Assembly: GCA_965203575.1 (NCBI GenBank)
Contig: OZ241894.1
Coordinates: forward strand, 3,724,322-3,788,321
DNA length: 64,000 nt
Direction of reading: 5' to 3'
Source: Candidatus Aldehydirespirator sp.
Lineage (GTDB): Bacteria; Actinomycetota; Acidimicrobiia; Acidimicrobiales; Aldehydirespiratoraceae
Shown: positions 43,936-53,344 of the stretch, piece after piece
How the letters are laid out: each line of letters starts with the position of its first letter
How positions within the stretch are numbered: the stretch's first letter is position 1
Position numbers and translations under genes: made by a program
The notes under the pieces: model-generated
What the model was told of the DNA's origin: nothing
Seen by the model: only the letters and a program-made list of their open reading frames with translations
Databases searched by the model: none

Positions 43936-44754
43936 ATGACCCGCACCTCCCTGTACGTTCCCGGCGACACCCCGGAGCGCTTCGACAAGGCCCTGGCCTC
44001 GGGAGCCGACGCGGTGATCTGCGACCTGGAGGACGCGGTGGCCGAGGCGGCCAAGCCGGCCGCCCGGGAGGCGGTGGCGGGCTGGCTGCGAGCCAACTCA
44101 GGCGCGCCGGTATGGGTGCGGGTCAACAACCGTCCCGACCTGCTCGACGTCGACGCCGCCATGGTCCGGTCGCTGGTGGCCGACGGCGTCGGCCTGGCCG
44201 GGGTGGTCGTGCCCAAGGCCGACCCCGACGCTTGTGCGACCGACTTCGGCGGATGCCCGGTCATGGCGCTCATCGAGTCGGCCGAGGGCGTGTTCAAGGT
44301 GTACGAGGTCGCCTCGGTTCCCGGGGTGGTACGCCTGGCCCTGGGCGAGGCCGACCTGGCCGCCGACATGGGCATGATGCCGTCGCCCGACGGGTTGGAG
44401 ATGTGGCCGATCCGCACCCGGGTGGTGGTGGCTTCGGTGGGGGTCGGGCTGATCGCGCCGTGCGGGCCGGTGTTCACCGACCTCGACGACACCGAGGGGC
44501 TGGCGGCCACCAGCGAGTCGCTGCGTCGCCTCGGCTTCGGCGGGCGGTCGGTGATCCACCCCAAGCAGGTGGCCGCGGTCAACGCGGCCTTCACCCCGAC
44601 GGCGGAGGAGGTCGCCCATGCTGAGGCGGTGATGGCCGAGCTGGAGGCGGCCACCGACGAGGGACGGGGAGTGGCCGTGCTGGACGGCAAGTTCATCGAC
44701 GCCGCGGTGATACGCCAGGCCCGCTCGGTGCTGGCCCGGGTGCCCGACCGCTAG
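43936..44754 (+). CDS. HpcH/HpaI aldolase-citrate lyase beta (CitE)-like acyl-CoA lyase
   Basis: 272 aa. RTSLYVPGDTPERFDKALASGADAVICDLEDAV is the canonical CitE-family N-terminus. Confidence 0.8.
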   Translation: MTRTSLYVPGDTPERFDKALASGADAVICDLEDAVAEAAKPAAREAVAGWLRANSGAPVWVRVNNRPDLLDVDAAMVRSLVADGVGLAGVVVPKADPDACATDFGGCPVMALIESAEGVFKVYEVASVPGVVRLALGEADLAADMGMMPSPDGLEMWPIRTRVVVASVGVGLIAPCGPVFTDLDDTEGLAATSESLRRLGFGGRSVIHPKQVAAVNAAFTPTAEEVAHAEAVMAELEAATDEGRGVAVLDGKFIDAAVIRQARSVLARVPDR

Positions 44755-44880
44755 GCGCCACGAACACTCGCGGGCAGGTGCAAGCCCGTCACGTCGGGGC
44801 AAGATCATTCCCGCTCCTGTTCGCTGCGCTCACGGGCCGCTCGGGCCACGGCCTCGCCCGTATGGACCGGATTCGCGCGG

Positions 44881-46503
44881 CTACCTGCGAGGCCTCTGGG
44901 CAGCCGGCCGGGACAGCACGGCGGCGGCGGCCAGGGACCGGCCGCCGACCAGGTCGGTGTCCCTGGACACTTCCCGGTGGGCGGCCCGGCCGGGATGCAG
45001 GGCGCCCACCAGCAGCCCGTCGCCCGGGGCGGCCCGCACGCACTCCGGCGTGTTGATGGTGCCGTCGAAGGGGCTCGAGCGGCGGGGGTTCCACAGCGAG
45101 TCGGCCGGGGGGTCGAGCAGCATGGTGGCCGCCGGCGGCCCCGGCGGCGCGCAGGCGGCCAGGCTGACCCGGTTCTCGGCGGCCCGTTCCACCAACCCCA
45201 GATCGCACTCCCAGCGGTGCTCAGGCTGCCAGCACACCGCCACCAGGCTGGCGCCGGCCACCGCGGCCAGCCGGATGGTCTCGGGATGGCGGTGGTCGTC
45301 GCCCACGATCACGGCCATGTCGCCGAACGGTGTCCGGTAGAGGCTGATCCCCTCCCCCAGCCGGGTGACGTCCGGATAACGGTCGTAGCGGTGGATCTGG
45401 GCCTGCTCGTGGACCAGCCCCCCGGCGGTCCACACCTGGCCCACGTGCTGTCCGTCGCGCTCGGCGGTGGTGACCACCAGTACCCCGGCGGGGATGCCGG
45501 CCGGTGCCGGGGTCAGCTCGGGCAGCACCACCAGCGAGGCCCCCGCATCGAAGGCCTTCCCGATCAGCTCAGGATCATGCTGCGCCCCGGGGACGCACGC
45601 GGCCCGCACTTCAGAGACCTCCGTCGCTGCCGGAGTGGCCGTGCCGCTCGCGGCCAGCGGGCTGTACACCCGGGGCCTGCGACCCTCCAGCCGCCTAGGC
45701 CGGCCCCGAGACAGGTCGACGTCGGCCACCACCACCGCCTCGCCCGCCGGCGGGGCCTTGACCACTACCGTGCCGTCGGGGTCGACGATCTGGCTCTCTC
45801 CCGCGCCCTCGAGGGCCTCGGCGGGAACGCCGAGCGCCTCGGCGAACTCCGCGGCCCGCCCGGCCGGAAGCAGCGAGCCGACCTTGTTGGCCGCCGCCAC
45901 CCACACCCCGTTCTCGGCGGCCCGCACCGGAACGTGCAGGCTGGCCTCGTCGCGGGCGAAGGAGTTGAGGCTGTTGCACAGCAGCCGGGCGCCGCTCACC
46001 GCCAGGGCGCGGGGCGTCTCGAAGGTCACGCCGTCCATGCACGCGTACAGCCCGACCGGCCCGAACGCGGTGCCGGCCACCGCGCTGGGCCTCTCCCCCG
46101 CGCTCAGATAGGCCCGCTCGTTGCCCATGAGCATCTGCTTGTCGGCGGTTGCGGTGATCCGGCCGTCGGGGCCGATCAGCACGCTGGTGACGGTCACCCG
46201 GCCACCGGCGCGGGGCACGGTCACCGCCAGGGCCGCGTACATGCGGTGGTGGGCGGCCCGCCGGGCCAGCGTGCCCAGCCAGTCGCCGTCCAGTGGCACG
46301 GCCACCGCCCGGCAATGCTCCGCGCTGTCGTACACCGACAGGTGGTTGCAGAACTCCGGCAGCACGACCAGTTCGGCGCCGCCGGCCGCAGCCTCATCGA
46401 GCATCCGCACGCACGCGGCCAGATTGGCGTCGACATCGGTCCCCGCCTCGAACTGCGCAGCGGCCACCCGCAAGTGGTCCCGCACCCCGTCGGTGTCAGG
46501 CAA
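44881..46503 (-). CDS. tandem carbon-nitrogen hydrolase (nitrilase superfamily) protein
   Basis: 540 aa. LRVAAAQFEAG...LVVLPEF...GLYACMDG is the first CN-hydrolase domain, and a second, more degenerate one follows (ASLVVLPEL...). The TTG start overlaps the iclR stop; a GTG 6 codons downstream is an alternative start. Confidence 0.7.
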   Translation of the reverse strand: MPDTDGVRDHLRVAAAQFEAGTDVDANLAACVRMLDEAAAGGAELVVLPEFCNHLSVYDSAEHCRAVAVPLDGDWLGTLARRAAHHRMYAALAVTVPRAGGRVTVTSVLIGPDGRITATADKQMLMGNERAYLSAGERPSAVAGTAFGPVGLYACMDGVTFETPRALAVSGARLLCNSLNSFARDEASLHVPVRAAENGVWVAAANKVGSLLPAGRAAEFAEALGVPAEALEGAGESQIVDPDGTVVVKAPPAGEAVVVADVDLSRGRPRRLEGRRPRVYSPLAASGTATPAATEVSEVRAACVPGAQHDPELIGKAFDAGASLVVLPELTPAPAGIPAGVLVVTTAERDGQHVGQVWTAGGLVHEQAQIHRYDRYPDVTRLGEGISLYRTPFGDMAVIVGDDHRHPETIRLAAVAGASLVAVCWQPEHRWECDLGLVERAAENRVSLAACAPPGPPAATMLLDPPADSLWNPRRSSPFDGTINTPECVRAAPGDGLLVGALHPGRAAHREVSRDTDLVGGRSLAAAAVLSRPAAQRPRR

Positions 46504-47311
46504 GGGGCTGGGCGCCGAGCTTGGCCGAGAGCGCCCGGGTGGCCTCCACCACGGCGGCGGAGGCGGGGCCGATCTTGCTGCGGAACCGGTAGATCGGCCC
46601 GCACACGCTGACGACGGCCACCGGCTCGCCGTTGTGGTCGAGGATCGGGGCGGCCACCGACCCGGCGTCGTGCTGCCGCTCGCCGAAGGACAGCGCGAAC
46701 CCTTGGGCGCGGATGCCCTCCAGTTCGGCTCGCAGCTCGTCGACCGAGACGACGGTGGCGTCGGTCAGGGCGTCCAGCGGGTTGTCGGCCAGGTAGCGGT
46801 CGATGGCGGCGTCGGTGAGCCAGGCCAGGAACGCCTTGGACGACGCTCCGGCGTGCAGCGGGAACGACCCCCCGATGGGCACGGTCATCTTCACCTCGCG
46901 CGGCGGGGTGATCTGGTCGACGTACACCCGGCGGTCGCCGTAGCGGACCGACAGGGTGGCGGTCTCGTCGGTCTCGGCGCTGAGTCGCCGCATCTCGTCG
47001 ATGGCCAGGGTCCGCACATCGAGCTGGTCGCGGAAGGCGGCGGCCAGCTCCATCACCGCGGGCCCGAGCCCGTACCGGCGGCTGCGGGGATCGGCGATCA
47101 GCAGGCTGCGCTCGCACAGCGACGCCAGGATCCGGTGCACCACCGCCTTGGACACGCCGAGCTCCCGCGAGATCTCGGTCACTCCCAGCGTGCCCGTCGC
47201 CCGCGAGAACAGGAACAGCACCTCGACCGCCCTGTCGATGGCGGCCACGCTGCGGCCCGAGCCGGAAGCCTGGTCCGGTTCTGCCGACGGTTCGCTCACG
47301 GGAGTGTCCAT
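46496..47311 (-). CDS. IclR-family transcriptional regulator
   Basis: Only the C-terminal 271 aa of track ORF 46496-48478 look coding (start MDTPVSEP). SVAAIDRAVEVLFLFSRATGTLGVTEISRELGVSKAVVHRILASL is followed by an IclR effector domain. Confidence 0.85.
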   Translation of the reverse strand: MDTPVSEPSAEPDQASGSGRSVAAIDRAVEVLFLFSRATGTLGVTEISRELGVSKAVVHRILASLCERSLLIADPRSRRYGLGPAVMELAAAFRDQLDVRTLAIDEMRRLSAETDETATLSVRYGDRRVYVDQITPPREVKMTVPIGGSFPLHAGASSKAFLAWLTDAAIDRYLADNPLDALTDATVVSVDELRAELEGIRAQGFALSFGERQHDAGSVAAPILDHNGEPVAVVSVCGPIYRFRSKIGPASAAVVEATRALSAKLGAQPLA

Positions 47312-47362
47312 ATCGCCCGACTGGTTGCCATCAAGGGTTTCGATGAGGAACACTAGCCCCGT

Positions 47363-47387
47363 GTTCCTTTGGGAGAAACAGCGTTCC
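47363..47387. promoter_or_regulatory. operator-like motif, site C: GTTCC-tttggga-GAAAC-agc-GTTCC, preceded by inverted repeat AGGAACAC-N7-GTGTTCCT (47346-47368)
   Basis: Read directly. It sits in the 78-bp divergent region between iclR (-) and the CoA-transferase operon, and ends 3 nt before the ATG at 47390. Confidence 0.6.
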
Positions 47388-47389
47388 GC

Positions 47390-48580
47390 ATGAGCGGCCC
47401 CCTGTCGGACCTGCGGGTGATCGATGCGTCCACCGTGCTGGCCGGGCCGCTGATCGGCCAGATCCTGGCCGACTTCGGCGCCGACGTGGTCAAGATCGAG
47501 CACCCCAAGAAGGGCGACAGCCTGCGGAACCACGGCCCCCACCGGGACGGCCACGGCCTGTGGTTCAAGATGGTGGGCCGCAACAAGCGCTGCGTGGGCC
47601 TGGACCTGAGCCATCCCGACGGCGCCGAGGTCTTCCTTGACCTCGTGGGCGGCGCCGACGTGGTGATCGAGAACTTCCGGCCGGGCACGCTCGAGCGCTG
47701 GGGGCTGGGCTGGGAGGTCCTCTCCGAGCGGCGCCCGGGCCTGGTGCTGTGCCGGGTCACCGGCTTCGGCCAGGCCGGCCCCTACGCCCGGCGGCCGGCG
47801 TTCGGGACGCTGATCGAGGCGATGAGCGGCTTCGCCCACATGACGGGCCCAGCCGAAGGGCCCCCCACCCTGCCCCCGTTCGGCCTGGCCGACAGCGTCG
47901 CGGGCATCAGCGGGGTGGCCGCGGTGATGATGGCCCTGCACCACCGCCGCGCCACCGGCGAGGGCCAGGTGGTCGACCTGGCCATCCTGGAGCCGCTGGC
48001 CATGGCCCTCGGCCCCCACATCGTGGAATGGGACCAGACCGGCCGCATCGCGGCCCGCGCCGGGAACCGCTCGGCCAACAACGCCCCCCGCAACACCTAC
48101 CGCACCGCCGACGGCCGGTGGGTGGCCGTGTCCAGCAGCACCGACTCGGTGGCCGTCCGCACGATGGAGCTGGTCGGCCGGGGCGATCTGGCCTGCGAGC
48201 CGTGGTTCTCGTCGGGTGCGGGCCGGGCCGCCCACGCCGACGAGATCGACGAGGCGGTGGCGTCGTGGATCGGCGCCCGCCCGCTGGCCGAGGTGGTCGA
48301 GGCGTTCGCCGAGGCCGAGGTGGCGCTGGCCCCGGTGTACGACGCCGCCCAGTACGTGAACGATCCCCAGGTGCAGGCCCGGGGCGCGGTCGCCGCGGTC
48401 GAGGACCCCGATCTGGGAACGATCCGGATGCAGAGCATGCTCTTCGGCCTGTCGGCCACGCCGGGGGCGGTGCGCCACACCGGGCGGGCACTGGGCGCCG
48501 ACACCGACGAGGTGCTGGCCGAGGCCGGGGTGAGCGCCGACCGGGTCGATGACCTGCGGGCCGCCGGAGTGGTGGCGTGA
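47390..48580 (+). CDS. family III (CaiB/BaiF) CoA-transferase
   Basis: LSDLRVIDASTVLAGPLIGQILADFGADVVKIEHP is the canonical N-terminus. Start moved to the ATG 7 codons inside the track ORF. Confidence 0.85.
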   Translation: MSGPLSDLRVIDASTVLAGPLIGQILADFGADVVKIEHPKKGDSLRNHGPHRDGHGLWFKMVGRNKRCVGLDLSHPDGAEVFLDLVGGADVVIENFRPGTLERWGLGWEVLSERRPGLVLCRVTGFGQAGPYARRPAFGTLIEAMSGFAHMTGPAEGPPTLPPFGLADSVAGISGVAAVMMALHHRRATGEGQVVDLAILEPLAMALGPHIVEWDQTGRIAARAGNRSANNAPRNTYRTADGRWVAVSSSTDSVAVRTMELVGRGDLACEPWFSSGAGRAAHADEIDEAVASWIGARPLAEVVEAFAEAEVALAPVYDAAQYVNDPQVQARGAVAAVEDPDLGTIRMQSMLFGLSATPGAVRHTGRALGADTDEVLAEAGVSADRVDDLRAAGVVA

Positions 48581-49401
48581 GTCTGGCTCCGACGGACCGG
48601 GCCGCCCGCCTGATCGAGCAGGTGGCGGAGGCCACCGTGTACGACCTGGGCCGCCCGATGGGCAACGGGATGGCCCAGTCCCCGAACCACCCGCCGTTCC
48701 GGCACTGCCTGGACCGCCGCCACGGCGACCGGGTCAGAGCCGACGGGGGCTCGGCCGCGGCCGACCTGATCACCACCGGCTGCCACGTCGGCACCCACGT
48801 GGACGCGCTGGCCCACGTGAGCCACCAGGGCCTGCTGTTCGGCGGCGTCGACGCCGCCGAGGCCCAGGCGGGAGGCCGCTTCGATGCCCTGGGCATCGAC
48901 GAGCTGGCCCCGTTCGCCGGCCGGGGCGTCCTGCTGGACATCCCCGCCGTGCTGGGTGTGGAGTGCTGCGACGGCGGCCACGAGATCACCGTGGCCGAAC
49001 TGGAGGAGGCGGCCGGGCGCCAGGGCACGCCAGTGCGGTCCGGCGACGCCGTGCTGGTGCGCAGCGGCTGGGGAATCCACTTCGACGACGTCGAGCGCTA
49101 CCAGGGTCTCGGCTCCGGCGTTCCCGGCGTGGGCGAGGCCGGCGCCCGCTGGCTGGCCGACCGGGGGGCGGCCCTGGTCGGCGCCGACACCCTGGCGTTC
49201 GAGTGCCTGCCCGCCGGGGCAGGCCATGCGCTCCTGCCCGCCCACCGGGTGCTGCTGGTGGAGCGGGGCATCAACATCATCGAGGCCATGGACCTCGAGG
49301 CGCTGGCCGCCGACCAGGTCCACGAGTTCGTGTTCGTGCTGGCCCATCTCAACATCGTGGGCGCCACCGGGGCGCCAGCCCGGCCCCTGGCTCTGGCATG
49401 A
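48577..49401 (+). CDS. cyclase-family protein (kynurenine-formamidase-like metal hydrolase)
   Basis: 274 aa with the motif GCHVGTHVDALAHV (HxGTHxDxxxH). Confidence 0.75.
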   Translation: MSLAPTDRAARLIEQVAEATVYDLGRPMGNGMAQSPNHPPFRHCLDRRHGDRVRADGGSAAADLITTGCHVGTHVDALAHVSHQGLLFGGVDAAEAQAGGRFDALGIDELAPFAGRGVLLDIPAVLGVECCDGGHEITVAELEEAAGRQGTPVRSGDAVLVRSGWGIHFDDVERYQGLGSGVPGVGEAGARWLADRGAALVGADTLAFECLPAGAGHALLPAHRVLLVERGINIIEAMDLEALAADQVHEFVFVLAHLNIVGATGAPARPLALA

Positions 49402-50855
49402 GCGCCGACGATTCACCGGGCAGCGACGGCGCCGGCGCTGGCACGGACCCCATCCTGGTCCAGCTGGCCCGGCTGGCCGGGGGCCCGGTGCCGGCGGAGA
49501 TACGAGCCGGCATCCCGGCCCGCATCATCGACATCGTCGGGATCGCGGTGCGGGCCTGCCCGCTGGACACCTCCCGGGCCGCCACCGGGTTCGCCCTGGC
49601 CCAGGAGTCCGGCCCCCAGGCGACCGCCATCGGCGCCGGCTCGAAGATGGCGGCCACCGAGGCCGCGTTCGTCAACGGTGTGCTGGCGCACTCCCTCGAC
49701 TACGACGACACCCACCTCCCGTCGATCCTGCATCCCAGCGCCTCGGTCGTGCCCGCGTCGCTGGCGATGGCCGAGTGGCGGGGCGCGCCCGGTGCCGACC
49801 TCGTCGACGCGGTGGCCGTCGGTCTGGAGGTGGCGGTGCGCCTGGGCATGGGCGGCTACGACCATGGGGCCCGCCAGTCGGTGTACTTCGAGCGGGGCCA
49901 GCACGCCACCTCGATCTGCGGGGCGGTGGGCTCGGCCGCGGCCGCGGCCCGCCTGCTGGGGGCCGGCGCCGACGGCATCGCCGACGCCATGGGCGTGGCG
50001 TGCAGCATGGCCAGCGGGATCATCGAGGCCAACCGGGCCGGCGGCACCGTCAAGCGGCTCCACTGCGGCTGGGCGGCCAAGGCCGGGGTCACCGCGGCCC
50101 AGCTGGCGGTGCGGGGCTTCACCGGGCCGCGCACCGCGGTCGAGGGCCGTTTCGGCCTGTTCCAAGCATTCCTCGGCGAAGAGGCCGACACCGGTGCGGT
50201 GACCGCCGATCTGGGGCTGCGGTGGGAGGCCGAGCGCATCTTCTACAAGCCGTACCCGGCCAACCATTTCACCCATGCCGCCATCGACGCCGCTATCGGG
50301 CTGCGCCGCCGCGGCGTCGGCCCCGACGACGTGGCGTCGGCCACCCTCGAAGTGGCCCCGCCCACGGTTCGAACCATCGGCGACCCCATCGACGCCAAAC
50401 GGCGGCCCGAGACCGGGTATCTCGCCCAGTTCAGCGGCCCCTACGCGGTGGCCGCCGGGCTGCTCGGCGGCAACGGCCTGGGGGTGGGCCTGGCCGACTT
50501 CAGCGACGACCTGGCCCGCGATCCCGCCCGGCGCAGGCTGATGGCCCGCATCGACGTGGCCGGAGACGCCGGCCTGATGGCGATCTACCCGAGCCAGCTC
50601 CCCGCTCGCCTGACCGTCACCACCACCGGCGGCGACACGCTGGTCGAGGAGGTGCTGGCCAACCGGGGCGGTCCCGACGACCCGCTGTCGGACGAGGACC
50701 TGGCCACCAAGTACACCGACAACGTCGACGGATTGGTGAGCGCGGCGACGGCCCGGTCGGTGCATGAGGCCCTCGCCGGCGTGGCCGCCGCGCCCTCCGC
50801 GGCGGGCCTGCTGGCCCCGCTGAGCGTCGTCGGAACCACCGGGGAGGACGGATGA
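49398..50855 (+). CDS. MmgE/PrpD-family protein (2-methylcitrate dehydratase-like)
   Basis: Start at an ATGA overlap inside track ORF 48549-50855. AAFVNGVLAHSLDYDDTHLPSILHPSA is the family hallmark. Confidence 0.8.
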   Translation: MSADDSPGSDGAGAGTDPILVQLARLAGGPVPAEIRAGIPARIIDIVGIAVRACPLDTSRAATGFALAQESGPQATAIGAGSKMAATEAAFVNGVLAHSLDYDDTHLPSILHPSASVVPASLAMAEWRGAPGADLVDAVAVGLEVAVRLGMGGYDHGARQSVYFERGQHATSICGAVGSAAAAARLLGAGADGIADAMGVACSMASGIIEANRAGGTVKRLHCGWAAKAGVTAAQLAVRGFTGPRTAVEGRFGLFQAFLGEEADTGAVTADLGLRWEAERIFYKPYPANHFTHAAIDAAIGLRRRGVGPDDVASATLEVAPPTVRTIGDPIDAKRRPETGYLAQFSGPYAVAAGLLGGNGLGVGLADFSDDLARDPARRRLMARIDVAGDAGLMAIYPSQLPARLTVTTTGGDTLVEEVLANRGGPDDPLSDEDLATKYTDNVDGLVSAATARSVHEALAGVAAAPSAAGLLAPLSVVGTTGEDG

Positions 50856-52312
50856 TCGACACCGTCATCACCGGCGCCTCGGTGGTCCGCCCCGACCAGG
50901 GCACGGTCGACGACGTCGACATCGGCATCACCGGCAGACGGGTCAGCCACCTTGAGGCAGGTCTGGCCGCCACCGCCGACGCGGCCGAGGTGTTCGACGG
51001 CTCGGGTCTGATCGCCTTCCCCGGCTCGGTGGACGCCCACACGCACATGGGGATCTACAACCCGCTGGACGTGGACACGGCCACCGAGAGCCGGGCCGCC
51101 GCGCAGGGCGGAACCACCACCGTGCTCAACTACGTCCGCACCGGCCAGTACTACCTCAACCGGGGAGGGCCCTACGTCGAATTCGTCCCCGAGGCGCTGG
51201 CGCTGATGGACGGTCGCAGCTACGTGGACTACGCCCTGCACCTGGCCCCGATGCAGTCCTCCCACATAGACGAGATGCCGCAACTGGTGGACGAGCACGG
51301 GGTGACCTCGTTCAAGATCTTCATGTTCTACGGCAGCCACGGGCTGCACGGCGCCAGCGACGACCAGTCGAGCTTCCTGATGATCCCGCCGGGCGAGCGC
51401 TACGACTTCGCCCACTTCGAGTTCGTGATGCGGGGCTTGGCCGGGGTGCGCCGAGACCGGCCCGAGATGGCCGACGTGCTGTCGCTGTCGATGCACTGCG
51501 AGACGGCCGAGATCATGACCGCCTACACCAGGATGGTCCAGGCCGAGGGCAGGCTGTCGGGGCTGGCCGCCTACTCGGCCGGCCGGCCGCCGCACTCCGA
51601 GGGCCTGGCGGTGACGATCGCCGCGTATCTGGCCCATGAGACCGAGGTCGTCAACATCAACCTGTTGCACCTGTCGTCGGCCAAGGCCATGGACGCCGCC
51701 CTGCGGATGGACCGGTGCTTCGAGAACGTGGACTTCCGCCGGGAGGTCACCGTGGGGCACCTGCTGACCGACATCGAGACCGCGGGCGACCCGTGGGCCA
51801 AGGTCAACCCGCCTATCCGGCCCCGCGCCGACGTGGAGGCGCTGTGGGAGCACGTGCTGGCCGGCGACGCCCACTGGGTGGTCAGCGACCACGCCTGCTG
51901 CCGGGCCGAGGCCAAGGTCTCAGCCGAGAACCCCGACGACATCTGGCTGGCCAAGAGCGGCTTCGGCGGCACCGAGTACCTGTTGAACGGCCTGTACTCC
52001 GAGGGCTCCAAGCGGGGCCTGGGGCTGGTGGAGATGGCCCGGATGCTGTCGTGGAACCCGGCCCGCCGCTTCGGTCTGGGCACCAAGGGCACCATCGGGG
52101 TCGGCTACGACGCCGACATCGCGCTGCTCGACCCGTCGACCAGCCACGTGGTGCGGGCGGTCGAGTCGGAGTCGAGCCAGGGCTACACCCCCTTCGAGGG
52201 CCACGAACTCGACGGCAGGGTGCGCCATGTGTGGCTGCGGGGCGAGCCCGTCCTGTCCGGCGGGCAGGTGGTGGGACTCCCCCGAGGCCGGTACCAGCGA
52301 AGGCCCACATGA
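50852..52312 (+). CDS. cyclic amidohydrolase (D-hydantoinase/dihydropyrimidinase/imidase family)
   Basis: 486 aa. GLIAFPGSVDAHTHMG (HxH metal site) and a length typical of hydantoinases. Confidence 0.75.
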   Translation: MIDTVITGASVVRPDQGTVDDVDIGITGRRVSHLEAGLAATADAAEVFDGSGLIAFPGSVDAHTHMGIYNPLDVDTATESRAAAQGGTTTVLNYVRTGQYYLNRGGPYVEFVPEALALMDGRSYVDYALHLAPMQSSHIDEMPQLVDEHGVTSFKIFMFYGSHGLHGASDDQSSFLMIPPGERYDFAHFEFVMRGLAGVRRDRPEMADVLSLSMHCETAEIMTAYTRMVQAEGRLSGLAAYSAGRPPHSEGLAVTIAAYLAHETEVVNINLLHLSSAKAMDAALRMDRCFENVDFRREVTVGHLLTDIETAGDPWAKVNPPIRPRADVEALWEHVLAGDAHWVVSDHACCRAEAKVSAENPDDIWLAKSGFGGTEYLLNGLYSEGSKRGLGLVEMARMLSWNPARRFGLGTKGTIGVGYDADIALLDPSTSHVVRAVESESSQGYTPFEGHELDGRVRHVWLRGEPVLSGGQVVGLPRGRYQRRPT

Positions 52313-52392
52313 GCCCGCCCGACACGCTGGTGCGAGGTTGCTCGATGCGGAGCGGTCCGGCGCTGCGGAGCGGTCCGGCGCTGCGGCCGGGT

Positions 52393-53313
52393 TCAGCGGG
52401 GCTGGGGGAATCCGCCGGCCTTGGCCACCAGGCTGGGCACGCGGTGGCCGAGCTGGTCCTCCAGCCAGGTGCTGGCCTCGATCAGGGCGTCGAGGTCGAG
52501 CCCGGTGTCGAAGCCCATTTCGTGCACCATGTACACCACCTCCTCGGTGGCGACGTTGCCGGTGGCCCTGGGCGCGAACGGGCAGCCGCCCACCCCGCCG
52601 AGGCTGGAGTCGAACACCCGCACGCCGACTTCTATGGCCGCCGCGATGTTGGCCAGCGCGGTGTTGCGAGTGTTGTGGAAGTGGCCCCGCAACGCGATGC
52701 CGGGGGCCTGCTCCGCGGCGCCCTCGAAAAGGGCGGCCACCTGGTTGGGGACCCCGACGCCGATGGTGTCGGCCAGGGCTACCTCGTCGGGCTGGGTCTC
52801 GGCCAGCTCGGCCACGATTCCCAGCACCCGGTCGGCGTCCACCCGTCCCTCGTACGGGCAGCCGCACACCGCGGAGACGGTCACCGAGGTGCGGATCCCG
52901 GTCGCCCGGGCCGTGTCGGAGATGGCCCGCCACCGCTGGATCGACTCGGCCACCGTGGCCCGCTGGTTGGCCTGCGAGAAGGTCTCGGTGGCCACCACCA
53001 CGCCGCACACCTCGTCTGCGCCCGCTTCGATGGCCCGCTCCACTCCCCGCTGGTTGAGCACCAGCGCGCTGTAGCTGACGCCCTCGCTGCGGGGCACGCC
53101 GGCCATGACCGCCTCGCCGTCGGCCATCTTGGGGACCGCTCTGGGGCTGACGAAGCTGGCCGCCTCGACCCGGGTGTGCCCGGCCGCGACCAGCCGCTCG
53201 ATGAGCTCCACCTTCTGGGCAGTGCTGAGGTCGGCGGGGTCGGCCTGGAGGCCGTCGCGGGGGGCGACGTCGACGATCTGGACGCGCTCGGCCTGCTGGT
53301 TGGGCCCGGTCAT
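52393..53313 (-). CDS. hydroxymethylglutaryl-CoA lyase-like (DRE-TIM) lyase
   Basis: Only the C-terminal 306 aa of track ORF 52393-53709 look coding (start MTGPNQQAERVQIVDVAPRDGLQ). Other motifs are GCPYEG, GHFHNTRNTALAN and GGVGGCPFAP. Confidence 0.85.
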   Translation of the reverse strand: MTGPNQQAERVQIVDVAPRDGLQADPADLSTAQKVELIERLVAAGHTRVEAASFVSPRAVPKMADGEAVMAGVPRSEGVSYSALVLNQRGVERAIEAGADEVCGVVVATETFSQANQRATVAESIQRWRAISDTARATGIRTSVTVSAVCGCPYEGRVDADRVLGIVAELAETQPDEVALADTIGVGVPNQVAALFEGAAEQAPGIALRGHFHNTRNTALANIAAAIEVGVRVFDSSLGGVGGCPFAPRATGNVATEEVVYMVHEMGFDTGLDLDALIEASTWLEDQLGHRVPSLVAKAGGFPQPR

Positions 53314-53344
53314 GATGGAGCCGAGGATAACGGGGAGGGGGATC

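Noticed and set aside
42996-48478. N-terminal extensions of track ORFs 42996-44696, 46496-48478, 52393-53709, 53105-54541, 37060-38466 and 48549-50855.
   Set aside because: The extensions run antisense or out of frame through neighbouring well-supported genes and lack sequence character. Internal starts with RBS-like sequence or stop/start overlaps give proteins of the canonical family length.
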